Positions 1-16,141 of a DNA stretch of 64,000 bases are shown here, piece after piece (position 1 is the stretch's first letter; the number at the start of each line of letters is the position of its first letter). The translations under genes and the position numbers were made by a program. The notes below the pieces were generated by a model. The model was given only the letters and a program-made list of their open reading frames with translations. It was not told the DNA's origin and did not search any database. Source of the stretch: Eledone cirrhosa. Taxonomy: Eukaryota. The stretch covers positions 169,942,001 through 170,006,000 of the forward strand of contig OZ024743.1 in assembly GCA_964016885.1 (NCBI GenBank), written 5' to 3'.

Positions 1-1600
<1,600 letters not shown>

Positions 1601-1699
1601 AAAATATATATATACACATACAATATATATATATACACATACAATATATATATATACATATAATATAAGATCAAAAGATGGTTAAAGGAGTTCAATATA

Positions 1700-1763
1700 T
1701 TTTATTATGCGCATTTCAAAAACAAACATCATCAAACAATAATATTGTTTTCATCAGATAAAA
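1700..1763 (-). ncRNA. Hammerhead ribozyme inside a fold-back pLTR remnant (1660-1885)
   Basis: UUUUAU CUGAUGA AAACAA...UUUUU GAAA UGCGCA UA AUAAAA; 1660-1722 is inverted at 1825-1885. Confidence 0.7.
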
Positions 1764-1971
1764 CAGGAGAACATGATATGAAGGCTAAAAAAACACTTGT
1801 TGATAGTGCAGTTTTAAATCAACAATTTTTGAAATGCGCATAATAAAATATATTGAACTCCTTTAACCATCTTTTGATCTTATATTATGCATACTCCAGT
1901 CCCACAAACTGTAGAGTGCTTCTTATCCGATATCTGCATTGCTTTATTGTACTACAATAAAACTCACCTCC

Positions 1972-2003
<32 letters not shown>

Positions 2004-2314
2004 TATATATACATATATATATATATGTATATACTCCTCCCAACCACCCCCATCCACCACCACCCGCCCATCCCCATACGCCCATCACTCTCCACCCCTC
2101 CCTCGACCCACACCCCTACCCAATCTCCACCCTCCACCTCACCCCTCACCACACCCTCCCCCCACAGACCCAAACCCCAGCACTTGTTGTCACCATACCC
2201 CCTGACCTCCCCTTCTCCGCACCTGATCGCTCACTGCTTAGTAGAGGCCTTCGCTTCATACCCCACACTCCGCACAGCGACGAGTTCCGCACCCGAACGG
2301 AAGTCCAGCGATTC

Positions 2315-4345
2315 GTGCGACGCACGAAGCTACAGGCACATTTCGGCCGAACGCCACCGGCTCCGGACGCCCCAGACCCGTTTCTCGCCCTGGGCCGACG
2401 ACCATCTTCTTGGACGCCGGCCCCAGGGCAATTTAGCACCCTGGACGAGTTCGTCGATGCCAGCCGTAGCACAGTAAATCGTTTCGACTTCCGCCACCGT
2501 TCCAAACAGTATAATATCTCACGGGGCGAACTCCTCGCTCTCCTCTCCCTCCGTAGCCGAGATGACATCGTCATCAAACCGGCGGACAAGGGAGGTGCCG
2601 TGGTGGTGTGGCGCGCGGACCTCTACACGGCCGAAGCCCTCAGGCAGCTCTGTAACCCCCTCTTCTACCGCCCTCTACCCTCTGATCCCACCCCCCTCTA
2701 CCAACAACAAGTCTCCTCCACCATCCAAGACCTTATCGCCCCCCCCCCCCGCTTCCCACCTCATCGTCCGCACCCCCACCATCTACTTCCTCCCCAAACT
2801 CCACAAACCCGACAACCCCGGTCGCCCCATCGTCTCCGCTTGCAACTGCCCCACCGAACTCATCTCCGCCTATCTCGACTCCCTCCTTGCCCCCCTTGTC
2901 ACCACCCTCCCCTCCCACATCTCCGACACCAACCACGCCCTGCGCCTTTTCGACTCCTTCACCTACCCACCCGGCCCACAGCCCTTCCTCTTCACCCTAG
3001 ACATCAAGTCCCTCTATACCGTCATCCCCCACGCCGACGGCCTACGCGCCCTCAAACACTACCTCGACCTTCGCCCCTCCCCCATTCCCTACACCCCCAC
3101 CCTCCTTCGCCTCGCCGAGCTGGTCCTCACCCTCAATCGTTTCTCCTTCTCGGGTGAGTTTTACCAACAGGTCACGGGGGTAGCCATGGGTACAAGAATG
3201 GGCCCGAACTATGCAAACCTTTTCGTTGGCCATGTTGAAGCCCAAATCTTTGCCCAGTACACCTGCCCCACGCCCGAACTGTACGGTCGTTACATTGACG
3301 ACTGTATCGGAGCCACGACCCTCACCCGAGAACAGCTCGACTCCTTTCTCTCCTTCTTCTGCTCCTTCCACCCCTCCCTCCACTTCAGCACCTCTATCTC
3401 CACCACCCACGTCCACTTCTTAGACATCTCCGTCGCCTTCGACCCCTCCCACCACTCCCTCGTCACCTCCGCCTTCTTCAAACCCACCGACTCCCACTCT
3501 TACCTCGACTTCACCTCTTCCCACCCCACCCACACTAAACACTCCATTCCCTACTCCCAACTCCTCAGGATCCGCCGCCTCTGTAGCCGAGATACTGACT
3601 TCGAGTCCCAGGCCCTTTCCCTAGTCAGCCATTTCATCCGCAGAGGTTACCCCCCTCTCTCGTCCACACCGCTCTCACCCGCGCCCGTGCTGTCCACCGC
3701 TCCACCACCCTCACCCCACGTCACCGCACACCCACCCACCGACTCCCCTTCCCCATCACCTACCACATCTCCACCTTACCTCTCCACTGCACCATCCGCC
3801 GCCTCTTCCGACGCCTCCAGTCCGACCCCTCCACCTCCCACATCTTCCCAACCCCACCACTCCCCTCCTTCAAACGCGCACGCAATCTCCGCACCCTCCT
3901 CGTCCACAGCTCCCTACCCCCCAAACCACGCTCTTTCCTCTACCCCGATTCCTTTCCCTGTTCTAGGCCCCGCTGCAACACCTGTCCCCACATCACCAAC
4001 ACCACCACCTTCCAGGGTCCCAACGGCCACTCTCTCTCTGTCCGGCATGCTTTCCGCTGCACCTCCTCCAACCTAGTCTACGGACTTCGTCGGACTTATG
4101 TCGGACAGACGGGACGTCGCCTGGCGGACCGATTCACTGAGCACCTCCGGGATATTCGTCTCGGTGGTAGTTCCCCCATCGCCCGCCACTTTGGTGCCCC
4201 TGGACATTCCGCACGCCATCTCACAGTCTGTGGCCTACTCCAATGCCACGGAACACCCGCCAATCTCCTTAGAGTCGAACAAAGAACCATCTTCATCTTA
4301 CAGACCCACACTCCCCCCGGCCTAAACTCCCCACCCTTATTCCTT
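2315..4345 (+). pseudogene. Disrupted PLE RT-GIY-YIG ORF
   Basis: Motifs are split between ORFs 2315..3157, 2562..4076 and a third segment. Confidence 0.85.
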
Positions 4346-5832
4346 TAGCCTTCGACCGCCCCCCTCCCCCACACATATCCCCCACTAACACCACTAATAC
4401 ACCCCTCCTTTTCACCGCCCACCCCACAACTAACAATACTAACACCTCCACTCCACCCCTCATCCGACCACCCTTCCCCAACTAACATACTAACATCCCT
4501 CCCTTCTTCTCCCCCCCTCCTTATCACACGCACCCACCCACCGGCACATATATACACGCGCTCACACTAAACACACACCCTACTACCACCACTAACCCTC
4601 ACCCCCACACCTCCATCCCACCACCCCGCAACTAACCTCACTAACACCCCCTGACCCCAAGCACACGAACACACGCACCCACTTACACCACCCACCCCAC
4701 ACGCAACTAACATCACTAACACCCCCAACCCCACGCACACGTACCCACACACCCTCGTACACCACCAACTCTACACACCCTACCACCACTAACCCACACT
4801 CACACCTGCATTCAACCCTTTCCCCACCTCCCGTATACTAACACCCACTAACACCCCCTTCATCAAACTACACACACACCAGTACACCATACTCCCTCCA
4901 TAGAACTACACACACCCTTCTCTCCCCGCTCCACCCACACCCTCGCTCCACACTCACCCTCGCTCCACACTCACTCATCCCACTAACACCTCTACTAATA
5001 CACACACACACCCTCCTCACTCCAACTTTCACACCTACCCATCCTCGCCCCTTTACTATTCCACCCGACTGCTGCTATGCCCTCTGACCACCTCCCAGCA
5101 CAAACAGACACACAGCACTCCCACCGCTTGACCACTTCCTGTTGCGCGCGCACCCCACATCTCTCCTCTTCCGACCATGGAATACTCGTATGTGGAACTT
5201 GACCACCGCGGAATCTGCTAACATCATAGGAATTTACCAACATTTCAACCATCCTCTTACGGAATCACCTATATAACTCACCCACACACACACCCCCAAA
5301 AAATGTTTTTCTCCCACACGCCACCTACACCCACAACACGCTTAAACCCCACACACACGTGCTTTCCACCACATATTTACACCCTCAGCCTCCTGATTCC
5401 TCTCCCCCCACCCCTCTATCCACACACGCACAGACACTCCGACCTACAACCCTCCCCACACATACCTCTTCCTGAACATGCAACCCCGTTGTTCCCCCAA
5501 TCCTTACTTTCACATACACACACACACACGTACACCTACACACACACACACGTACACCTACACACACACACCACCTTCAGCCCTCCCCGCTCAGACACCC
5601 CGTATCCCTCTCCCCACTCCACCCGCCACCACCCCTACACGCCCCACACCCTTCCACCACCTGTTTTACCCCTTTTTAATTTCAGTTTATTTTGATCATG
5701 CTTTTATATTTATTTTTATTTCAATCCTTTTATTTTTATTTTTATTTTTAATTTCATTCGCACCGTTTCCTTTCGCTATATGTCTCTCCACCACTCCCCT
5801 ACACACCCTTTGAACTCTGTTCCCACACACTT

Positions 5833-5870
5833 CTCACCTGAGGAAGGGCTTATGCCCAAAACGTCGTTCC
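5833..5870 (+). ncRNA. Degenerate minimal HHR in the PLE 3' pLTR
   Basis: CUGAGGA A GGGC-UUAU-GCCC AAAA CGUCG; G12 changed to A, so probably inactive. Confidence 0.6.
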
Positions 5871-5954
5871 CCACCACCACCCACACTCCAGAGCGTGAAA
5901 TTAATAAACATTCGTTGTATTGCCTCTCTGTTTTGTTCCTGTTCAAATGTTTCC

Positions 5955-6041
<87 letters not shown>

Positions 6042-6045
<4 letters not shown>

Positions 6046-7185
6046 AAGAACACAAGAGCGTCTACAACATCAAAAGATTTTTATTGGCTTACAATGTTTC
6101 TTCCTTACGTAACCGTAGGATTCGTCAGAGCTATAAAAGGGGGTTTGATTGGTGTTATTGACTCTACCAACCAAACATTCAAGAACAAAGAGTAAAGAGC
6201 AAAAGTAGGGGACGATAAGTCTAATTTTGGTGCGGGAGGGTGGGGTGTGGGTCCTTGTTTACTAGCTGCGGACATATTAATTCCTGGGAGTCGGGTGGTT
6301 AGCTGAACCATAGATGGGGTGGCGTCGATAGTATGGTGCAGAGGGTGCGCAGAGGCTACACAAACACAAAGGGCATACAATATATATATATAGCGGAGGA
6401 GAAAATACATGAGGTAATTAGAAATGGAAAAAGAGTAATAATAATAATCTATAATTAATAGTGTATAATAAGGCATGGGGAAGATTACACTATAATAAGG
6501 TATAAAAGTAAGAATAAGGTAAAATATAAAGAAGGATAAAAGTGGAAATAATAAAGATAAAAAATAAAGATGTAAAAATATATAGAGAATATATAAAGAA
6601 ATATAAGCGAATATTTGGAGGGGAAAACACAATGTAAAAAAAACGATTTTTTTTCAAATAATAATAAAAAATATAATAATTATGGGGGGAGAATATAAGA
6701 TGATAATAGTTATGTCAAGTTTATACATCTTAATAATAAATAATCTGTGTATCAGAATTGCAGAACCTTCAATTCACTTACGGGTACAAGCCACGTGGCA
6801 TGGTCCATTGTTTATCTGTGCGATCATGTGCGTTTGTTTTTGACACCACAGCAGATGCACAAGTTCGTAAATTCCAATGCAGATAGAAATCTATTTTTGC
6901 TCACCCGGACATTGACGGAGGATCCAATATTCCTAGTTCAATATGTGTTTGGTGTTATTTTGGTCGCACAAATCAATCACTTGGTTCAATATTATGGAGT
7001 ATGGTTTTCTTGTCTTCGTAACAGTGTCAGTGGTTGGATATCTGGAAATCACAAGGATCACAGTACTCCGGTTTGGTGTGATTAGCGGTCATCCAGCTAT
7101 GTTGTTGGTGGTTGGATTCAATTCTGTTAGCCCGAACGTAGAACTTTGGTGTCGATAGGACATTAACGAGGCAGGGTGAGATCGC
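6042..7185 (-). mobile_element. 3' remnant of a PLE-like element (decayed GIY-YIG-like segment, UTR, HHR)
   Basis: HHR near the 3' end next to (TA)n; IGSSVNVR-like relic near 6900-6930. Confidence 0.45.
6087..6131 (-). ncRNA. Minimal hammerhead ribozyme
   Basis: GCU CUGACGA A UCCUACG-GUUA-CGUAAGGA A GAAA CAUUG UA AGC. Confidence 0.75.
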
Positions 7186-7915
<730 letters not shown>

Positions 7916-8195
7916 GAATGAAGTTAATATGTCCAAGGATACTAGGTACCCCTAGAAATATATAGGTTGTCTATGATTCAAGGTTGTTCAATGGTATTAA
8001 TTTGATACACCAGAACTTTAATATTAAGATAAGCAGAACAAGTAAAATTCAACCAATTTTTTAAAATACATTAAAAAATATAATGATCAGTTTCGCTTTG
8101 TAAAACCTCATAAATCCACTAGGAGAGGTAAATATTTATATTATATTTATTAATGTATTTTAAAAAATTGGTTGAATTTTACTTGTTCTGCTTAT

Positions 8196-8830
<635 letters not shown>

Positions 8831-9484
8831 GGAACGATCGACTTTCGTCAAATCGGACCGAGGAAACAATGTTTCCGTTGGTCTTTCCAATTGCTAATAC
8901 TATCTATCGGTCGCAACTCCAGGTAGAAGGAGCAACGTGAAATAAAGTGTTTTGCTCAAGGACATAACGCATCGCCCGGTCCAGGAATTGATCTCCCAAC
9001 CTCACGATTGCGAATCCAGTTCTCTAACCACTCAGCCACACGCCTTCACTTTACGATCGACTTTCGTCAAATCGGACCGAGGGAACAATGTTTCCGTTGG
9101 TCTTTCCAATTGCTAATACTATCTATCGGTCGCAACTCCAGGTAGAAGGGGCAACGTGAAATAAAGTGTCTTGCTCAAGGACATAACGCATCGCCTGGTC
9201 CAGGAATCGAACTCACAACCTTACGATTGCGAATCCAATTCTCTAACCACTCAGCCACACGTCTTCACTTGGCGTGCGGCTGAGTGATTAGAGAATTGGA
9301 TTCGCAATCGTAAGGTTGTGAGTTCGATTCCTGGACCAGGCGATGCGTTATGTCCTTGAGCAAGACACTTTATTTCACGTTGCCCCTTCTACCTGGAGTT
9401 GCGACCGATAGATAGTATTAGCAATTGGAAAGACCAACGGAAACATTGTTCCCTCGGTCCGATTTGACGAAAGTCGATCGTTCC
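8831..9484. mobile_element. tRNA-derived SINE: two tandem minus copies (8831-9051, 9052-9270) plus one inverted copy (9271-9484)
   Basis: Head GGCGTGTGGCTGAGTGGTTAGAG (A box)...GAGTTCGATTCC (B box); GTCCTTGAGCAAGACACTT core; both outer ends abut (TA)n. Confidence 0.85.
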
Positions 9485-9499
9485 TATATATATATATAC

Positions 9500-9570
<71 letters not shown>

Positions 9571-9575
<5 letters not shown>

Positions 9576-10212
9576 ATATATATGAGGAAACACAAATACC
9601 AACATATCTGTATTTATATTGCAAAAGAAAATTTAGCCAGAATGAAGTATACTAATTATAATATTACAATTTGTCCATATCGATTTAAAATAATAAATCA
9701 ACAAAGACGAACTGTATTGCCAAGTGGCCATGATGTTTAGACACATTTAAATTTCAAAATCAAACCTGTTCCGTAGATAAGTTTAAACTTTAAAATCCAA
9801 ATATGTTTCGAGATGAAAAAGTGTAAGGAATATCATGTCCTGCTCTCTTCAGTAAACATCCAGGGACAAATTGATATGCTTCACTTCTAAATAATTTAAA
9901 AGACTGTGTAACGCACATGGTTCACAGTTTCTAGCTAGCCTCATAACCGTACTGCTAGAAATAACAGCCGTATATATGAGGCTACGTTCAGCTCGACCTA
10001 AGGAGCAATTATATTAAGTGTAATGAATTCTTTTACAATGAAATTAGCTCAAATAAAGAAATATTTCTGAGCCGTGTATAAGCTAATATATATGATGAAA
10101 CACAAATACCAACATATCTGTATTTATATTGCAAAAGAAAATTTAGCCAGAATGAAGTATACTAATTATAATATTACAGTTTGTCCATATAAATACAGAT
10201 ATGTTGGTATTT
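9571..10212 (-). mobile_element. Non-coding family C: ~510-bp unit, partial repeat and short inverted end
   Basis: 9575 repeats at 10085; 10188-10212 is inverted; homologue at 46598-47345; HHR-like motif at 9781-9857. Confidence 0.65.
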
Positions 10213-13200
10213 GATTTCATTTAAAACCTCTCGCTAACTACCCCATTTTCTTTGCTTTTCTAAAATAACAATCTTGTTTGTAAAATTTTGGCCGAAAAAT
10301 GCTAGGATTTATAAAATGGCCGCATTGTCCCTCTTATCCTTTACCCCCCGTCCCCACTATATCGTGTTACGCGCTGGCTAGCTCACCCTTTCAATCACTC
10401 CCTTCTCTCTCCAAATATAAATAAACCTGTTGCGAGGTACAAATCTCAGAATTTGTCAACGCTTAAAAATGGTCAGACCTCGTCCCTGCGAAGTATAATG
10501 TAAATGCCATTTTTCTTATCTCTCTCCAGCCTATCGGTCCATTCATTCATATTGTTCTAAATAATCTTCTCTTTGCTATCGGTCCATTCATTCATATATC
10601 CGTATTATCGCCCAAAATCCAATCTTTGCTCTCTGTCAATGCTATTCTATAATTCTGTCTGGTTGTTTCTAAATAATCTTCTTGTATTTTAAAACCCCAT
10701 TATTCGCTTATTATTACTGTTATATGCTTCTCCAATTATGCCCCCCAAAATTCGAAGATTTCATTTAAAACCTCTCGCTAACTACCCCATTTGTTCTAAA
10801 TAATCTTCTCTTTGCTAACTACCCCATACCGCTCCCTCCCGCCCCCACCCTCCACCTTATTATTTGGACCAATCACAAGTCAACGGCCTATGCTATCACT
10901 TCTGGCTGCTTTTCAATATGATGGATGGACTAAGGAATTTGTGGAGAGTCTGAAGAATCTGGACACTCGATGACAATGCCAAAGATAACGACAAATTCAC
11001 CTCATGCTGCCGGACGAAAGGGCAAGGCCCCCTCCTCTTTGTTTCGGCCGCGGATGGCCAACATAACCCCAACCCCATCCTCCTCCCCCATCCCTGCGCT
11101 CCATCCTCCAAACACAATCCAAAACTTCAGAGTTGGTACCATAAATGTAGGCACCTTAAAAGGCCGCTCTAATGAGGTTGTAGAAATGCTTGAAAGTAAG
11201 GAATTGATGTTTGCTGTATCCAAGAGAACAGGTGGAAGGGCGGGTCTGCTAGATTCATTGTGGGTAAAAAACGTTGCTATAAGCTTTTCTGGGTGGGAAA
11301 TGACAATGGGATAGGTGGGGTAGGAATCATGTTAGCAGAAAAATGGGTGGATAAGATAATAGATGTAAATAAAGTAAATGACAGAATAATTAAAATAAGA
11401 CTTGTTCTAAATAGAACTACTGTGACAGTAATATCTGCATACGCGCCCCAATCCGGACTGCCTAGCGCTATAAAAGACAGATTCGATGAGACACTGATGC
11501 TCACTACCTCCCAAATAACCGACAGTGACTATATAATTATTGCTGGCGACCTAAATGGCCACGTTGGTCAACATTGTGACGGCTATGACGGAATCCACGG
11601 AGGCTATGGGTTTGGTACTAGAAACGAGGAAGGCTCCAGAATCCGGGAATTCTGTGATGCAAATAACCTAACTATCTGTAACACTAACTTCAAAAAACGA
11701 GACAATCACTTGATCACCTACAGATCAGGGGAACATACCAGCCAGGTAGATTATATCCTTACCAGAAGACGTGACAGAGTGTCTGTTGTAAACACTAAAT
11801 CCCTCCCCCATGAAGAATGCACCTCCCAACATAGAGTGATAATTAGCGACCTCATAGTCAGGACGAGACGTACTCGACAGCAGAAGAGGACTACCCTCAA
11901 GTGAAAAATATGGAAGCTAAAGGACCCGACAGCCAGAAATAAATTTAAAAGCATATTACTTGATGCTTTCGACAGTAAGGAAGAGCAATTAGAGTCGTAC
12001 AATATAGAGGAACAGTGGAAATTCCTGAAAGCTAACCTGCTGATGGCGGCAGACGAAGTCTGTGGCTGGAGCAGGCCTGTAGGCAGGAGGAGAATAACAT
12101 GGTGGTGGAACAGTAAGGTGGAGGAGTCAATTAAGGCCAAAAAGCAGGCTTGGAAAGTATGGCGGGATGGGGGAAGTAGAGAAGACTATCAAATGGCCAG
12201 GAGGTAAGCTAGGAGCCAAGTGTACTTCGCAAGAAGGGAAGCAGAGGAAAGAAAGTTCAAGCATGTTCTACAACGCGAGGACCAAAAACGTGAGGTGTTC
12301 AGGATTGCTAGGCAATGTGTCAAGGAAAACCGTGATATTGTCGGGGAGAAGTGTGTACTTAATGATGATTGCGTTCTTGCCATCACTGACGCTGATAAGA
12401 AGGTAGCTTGGAAGTGTCACTACGAAAGGCTACTAAATGAGGAGAATAAATGGGAGAAAGACAGTCTCCCCCACATCGACCCAATAGAGGGACCAGCAGT
12501 GTTAGTCGAAGGTAGTATAATAAGTAAGTCAATCAAAGATATGAAGACGGGTAAGGCGGCTGGGCCTTCGGAAATAGTTGCTGAGATGCTGAAAGCCTCT
12601 GGAACGGTGGGACACACCATGGTCACCCGGATAGTAAACCAAGTCATACAAAATGGGGTTGTTCCGAAGGACTGGCGTAGCAGCATCATCATTAACTGCT
12701 ACAAGAGTAAAGGAGACACCCTAGATAGGAGTAACTATAGAGGCATTAAATTAATCGACCAGATCATGAAGGTGACGGAAAAAGTAATAGCGCAACTAAT
12801 CAGAGAGAGAATCGATCTAGATGAAATGCAGTTCGGGTTTGTGCCAGGCAAAAGTACCACAGACGCTCTTTTCATTGTACGACAACTACAGGAGAAGTGC
12901 CTAGCTAAAAGTAAACCCCTATACTTAGCTTTCGTCGACTTGGAGAAACCCTTCGACAGAATCCCCCGTTCCATTATCTGGTGGGCTCTTAGAAAACTAG
13001 GTGTTGATGAATGGTTTGTGAGAGCTATACAAGCCATGTATAAAGAAACAGTCAGCAAGGTAAGAATTAACAACGAATATAGTGAAGAGTTTAGCGTAAA
13101 AGTTGGTGTTCATCAGGGCTCCGTCCTTAGCCCCCTACTATTTATTATTACCCTTCAGGCTATAACAGAGGAGTTCAAGACCAGCTTCCCATGGGAACTC

Positions 13201-13250
13201 CTATATGCAGATGATCTAACGCTCATGGCTGAACTAGAGAAGAAATTTGA
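10213..13250 (+). mobile_element. RTE-clade LINE (APE + RT), 3'-truncated and disrupted
   Basis: GTINVGTLKG; SAYAPQ; AGDLNGHVG; QVDYIL; NYRGIKL; QFGFVPGKST; FVDLEK.FD; GVHQGSVLSPLLF; LLYADD; stops at ~11904 and ~12207. Confidence 0.9.
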
Positions 13251-13457
13251 CAATATATAAACAACCATCTGGTTGTGGAACCAACCAACCAACCGGAAAT
13301 TTAGAAATTCCTAAATTTATAAATTTATTATAATAAATTGAAGTGAAAGCAACTGGTGCGTGTGTTTCTTATTGGCAACATGACCCAAAGTATAACAATA
13401 TCGGTTTCAACACACATTTTCAGATAAAGAATCTTGCTAAACAAATTCAGAAACGAA
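13251..13457 (+). mobile_element. 3' terminal fragment of the fingers-insertion PLE family
   Basis: Matches 60827-60926; ATGACCC..AAGTATAACAATAT motif shared with 16002 and 33177. Confidence 0.65.
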
Positions 13458-13479
13458 ATATATATATATACATATATAA

Positions 13480-14762
13480 TTAATACAATAACAGAGAAAG
13501 CTTTAAGCTAAACTCCGACTGGTAACCATCTCACTCAACAAACATTATGATATACGTTAGTATAATCCCAATTTTGCGTTTGGGGTGCTAACTATATGTA
13601 TTTTGTGGAAAGCCACTTGTATTATTTTATATGAGATATAATTAAAATTAAAATATATCTCTCTTTCCAAACAATTGTTTCATTATAAGTTTTCTACAAG
13701 TTGGGAGAATGTTTCCAGTTTATGTAGAAGCCTGACATATTTTCCTGTAAGAATATATGTAGGTGGGCACTTATAAATCATCAGTGGATGCCCATTAAAC
13801 TTTGATATAAGAAAACATTTCTTACCGCAGTTATTTTTCGTGTCACGCATCGGATGACCGCCAAATTTGAAATTCCAGCAGTCTTTAGACTGAAGAAATA
13901 TCATAGCGTCACGAAGCGGAAAAGGGAGACAATCGCGAGTCACAAGAAAAGTAAAATAATATACACGTGGGTTAATTAGTTTTTTCAAAAACATTATCAA
14001 TCCTGCGTGTTAAGAACTCAATTAATTAAAAAAAAAATAAATGTATGCATGTATTAATTACACACGCATATAGATATTTTCTTAGGCTAAAAACAGAGAA
14101 GTGATACCTAAATAACAAACAATATCTCATAACAGTAATAAATACGGAAAGTTACGTTTAAAAGGCATCTGGAAATATAAATCTCTGGCCAAATTAAGAG
14201 TAAAATATTTAATACACGTGGGTTAATTAGTTTTTTGAAAAACATTATCAATCCTGCGTGTTAAGAACTCAATTAATTTTTTAAAAATAAATGTATGCAT
14301 GTATTAATTACACACGCATATAGATATTTTTTTAGGCTAAAAACAGAGAAGTGATACCTAAATAACAAACAATATCTCATAACAGTAATAAATACGGAAA
14401 GTTACGTTTAAAAGGCATCTGGAAATATAAATCTCTGGCCAAATTAAGAGTAAAATATTTAATACACGTGGGTTAATTAGTTTTTTGAAAAACATTATCA
14501 ATCCTGCGTGTTAAGAACTCAATTAATTTTTAAAAAATAAATGTATGCATGTATTAATTACACACGCACATAGATATTTTTTTAGGCTAAAAACAGAGAA
14601 GTGATACCTACATAACAAACAATATCTCATAACAGTAATAAATACGGAAAGTTACGTTTAAAAGGCATCTGGAAATATAAATCTCTGGCCAAATTAAGAG
14701 TAAAATATTTAATACACGTGGGTTAATTAGTTTTTTGAAAAACATTATCAATCCTGCGTGTT
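13480..14762 (-). mobile_element. Family B non-coding element with HHR (13666-13788) and a ~251-bp tandem array
   Basis: Homologous to 771-1600; ACACGTGG recurs at ~13963, 14214, 14464 and 14715. Confidence 0.7.
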
Positions 14763-14774
14763 ATATACATTATA

Positions 14775-16081
14775 TACATATCAACCGCATGCAGTTCTCT
14801 GGCTACAACCAAAGAGACAGAGTCAGAGTATACGAAGGAGCCATGGAAAAGTATAAGACCCTCATAAAACTGGACATGAAAGGAATTTGCCCATTATACA
14901 GGAGCAAATCATGGAATAGCTTAGATAGGGCTAGACAAGATAGGGAAAGCCACCTCATGGTACGACAACCAGAGATACCAGAGTGTCATGTTTGTGGACG
15001 CCACCCCTGGGGAGAAATTAGCTAACCAGTGTAGAAAGGCCCTGAGAAAGACCCACTTAAAAATAAAGGTGTTAGAAAAGCCAGGAACCACCATAAAATC
15101 CCTGATCAGCAAAACCTACCCTTTTAAGAAAACCCACTGTACCAATAGGAAATGTATCATATGTAAGGTGAACCCCCGGATAAACTGTAAAACTAGAAAC
15201 GTAGTCTATAGCATAAGATGTACAGAGGGTACTTGCAGAAACATGACAAAACATACATAGGTGAGACACATCGTAGCATAGGTGAAAGGATAGACCAACA
15301 CTGGTGGGAACTAGAAGGACGAAAAAACGGGTCAGTACTATACGAACATGCTAGACAACAACATGACGGTAACATAGACAACATAGAAATTAGAATAATA
15401 TCTAAACATAGAAATGACCCAACAGATAGGCAAATCAGAGAGGCCAGTGAAATAGAAATTAGAAGACCAAGGCTACACAGAAAGGATGAATGGAATAACA
15501 ACAACACCCAAACAAACAACACTGACCTAAGAGAAGTATAAATAAGTAAATAAAATAAAATAAATAAATAAATACATACACAAGCACAATAACAACAAGC
15601 ACATAAACACACACTAGTCACCCATCACACAGCAAACAAAACACTATACACACACGCAAACGCATTCGCAAAGAAGACAAAATAAAATAAACAAACAAGC
15701 AAATAAATAAATCAATATATAGACAGACTGAATAAAAATGGCGTAGACATACAATACAACAGGAGGAAAATATAACACCACTGACAATGTTGCAGATGTG
15801 CAACGAAAGATTTATGATAGACTATATATATGTGTTTGTGTCTATATTGTATCTGTATTATTTTTGACCGTCGGTCAGTCAATGGCAACATTCAGGACCG
15901 AGTAAGTTGGATTACCGATATAAAAGACACAGAAGCTAGAAGCGAAAACCAACCAAACAGTGAGTGTGTTCTGTTATTAATTCTGGCAATATTACACAAA
16001 TATGACCCTCCCCAAGTATAACAATATTTGTTTCGACACACGATTTCATATAAAAAACCTCGCAAAACTAATTCATCGCCG

Positions 16082-16082
<1 letters not shown>
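14775..16082 (+). mobile_element. 5'-truncated PLE (fingers-insertion family): thumb, GIY-YIG and pLTR
   Basis: RMQFSGY; CKTRNVVYSIRC..YIGETHRSIGERIDQH; degenerate HHR at 15778-15820 (CUGACAA). Confidence 0.85.

Positions 16083-16139
<57 letters not shown>

Positions 16140-16141
<2 letters not shown>

Larger units (their letters stand above)
2060..5957 (+). mobile_element. Penelope-like element (Neptune-like): frameshifted RT + GIY-YIG, long C-rich 3' region
   Basis: IKPADKGGAVVV; LPKLHKPDNPGRPIVS; LDIKSLYT; GVAMGTRMGPNYANLF; YGRYIDD; SIPYSQLLRIRRLCS; Cys linker FPCSRPRCNTC; NLVY..YVGQTGRRLADRFTEH; frameshifts near 2745 and 3655. Confidence 0.9.

Noticed and set aside
8055-8120. HHR in the fold-back element at 7915-8198, and a similar motif at 61325-61370
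   Set aside because: The cores are too degenerate (UUUAUGA; CUGAUUA) to call, although a pLTR relic is plausible
9271-9345. tRNA gene
   Set aside because: The tRNA-like head continues into a SINE body and no proper acceptor stem is evident
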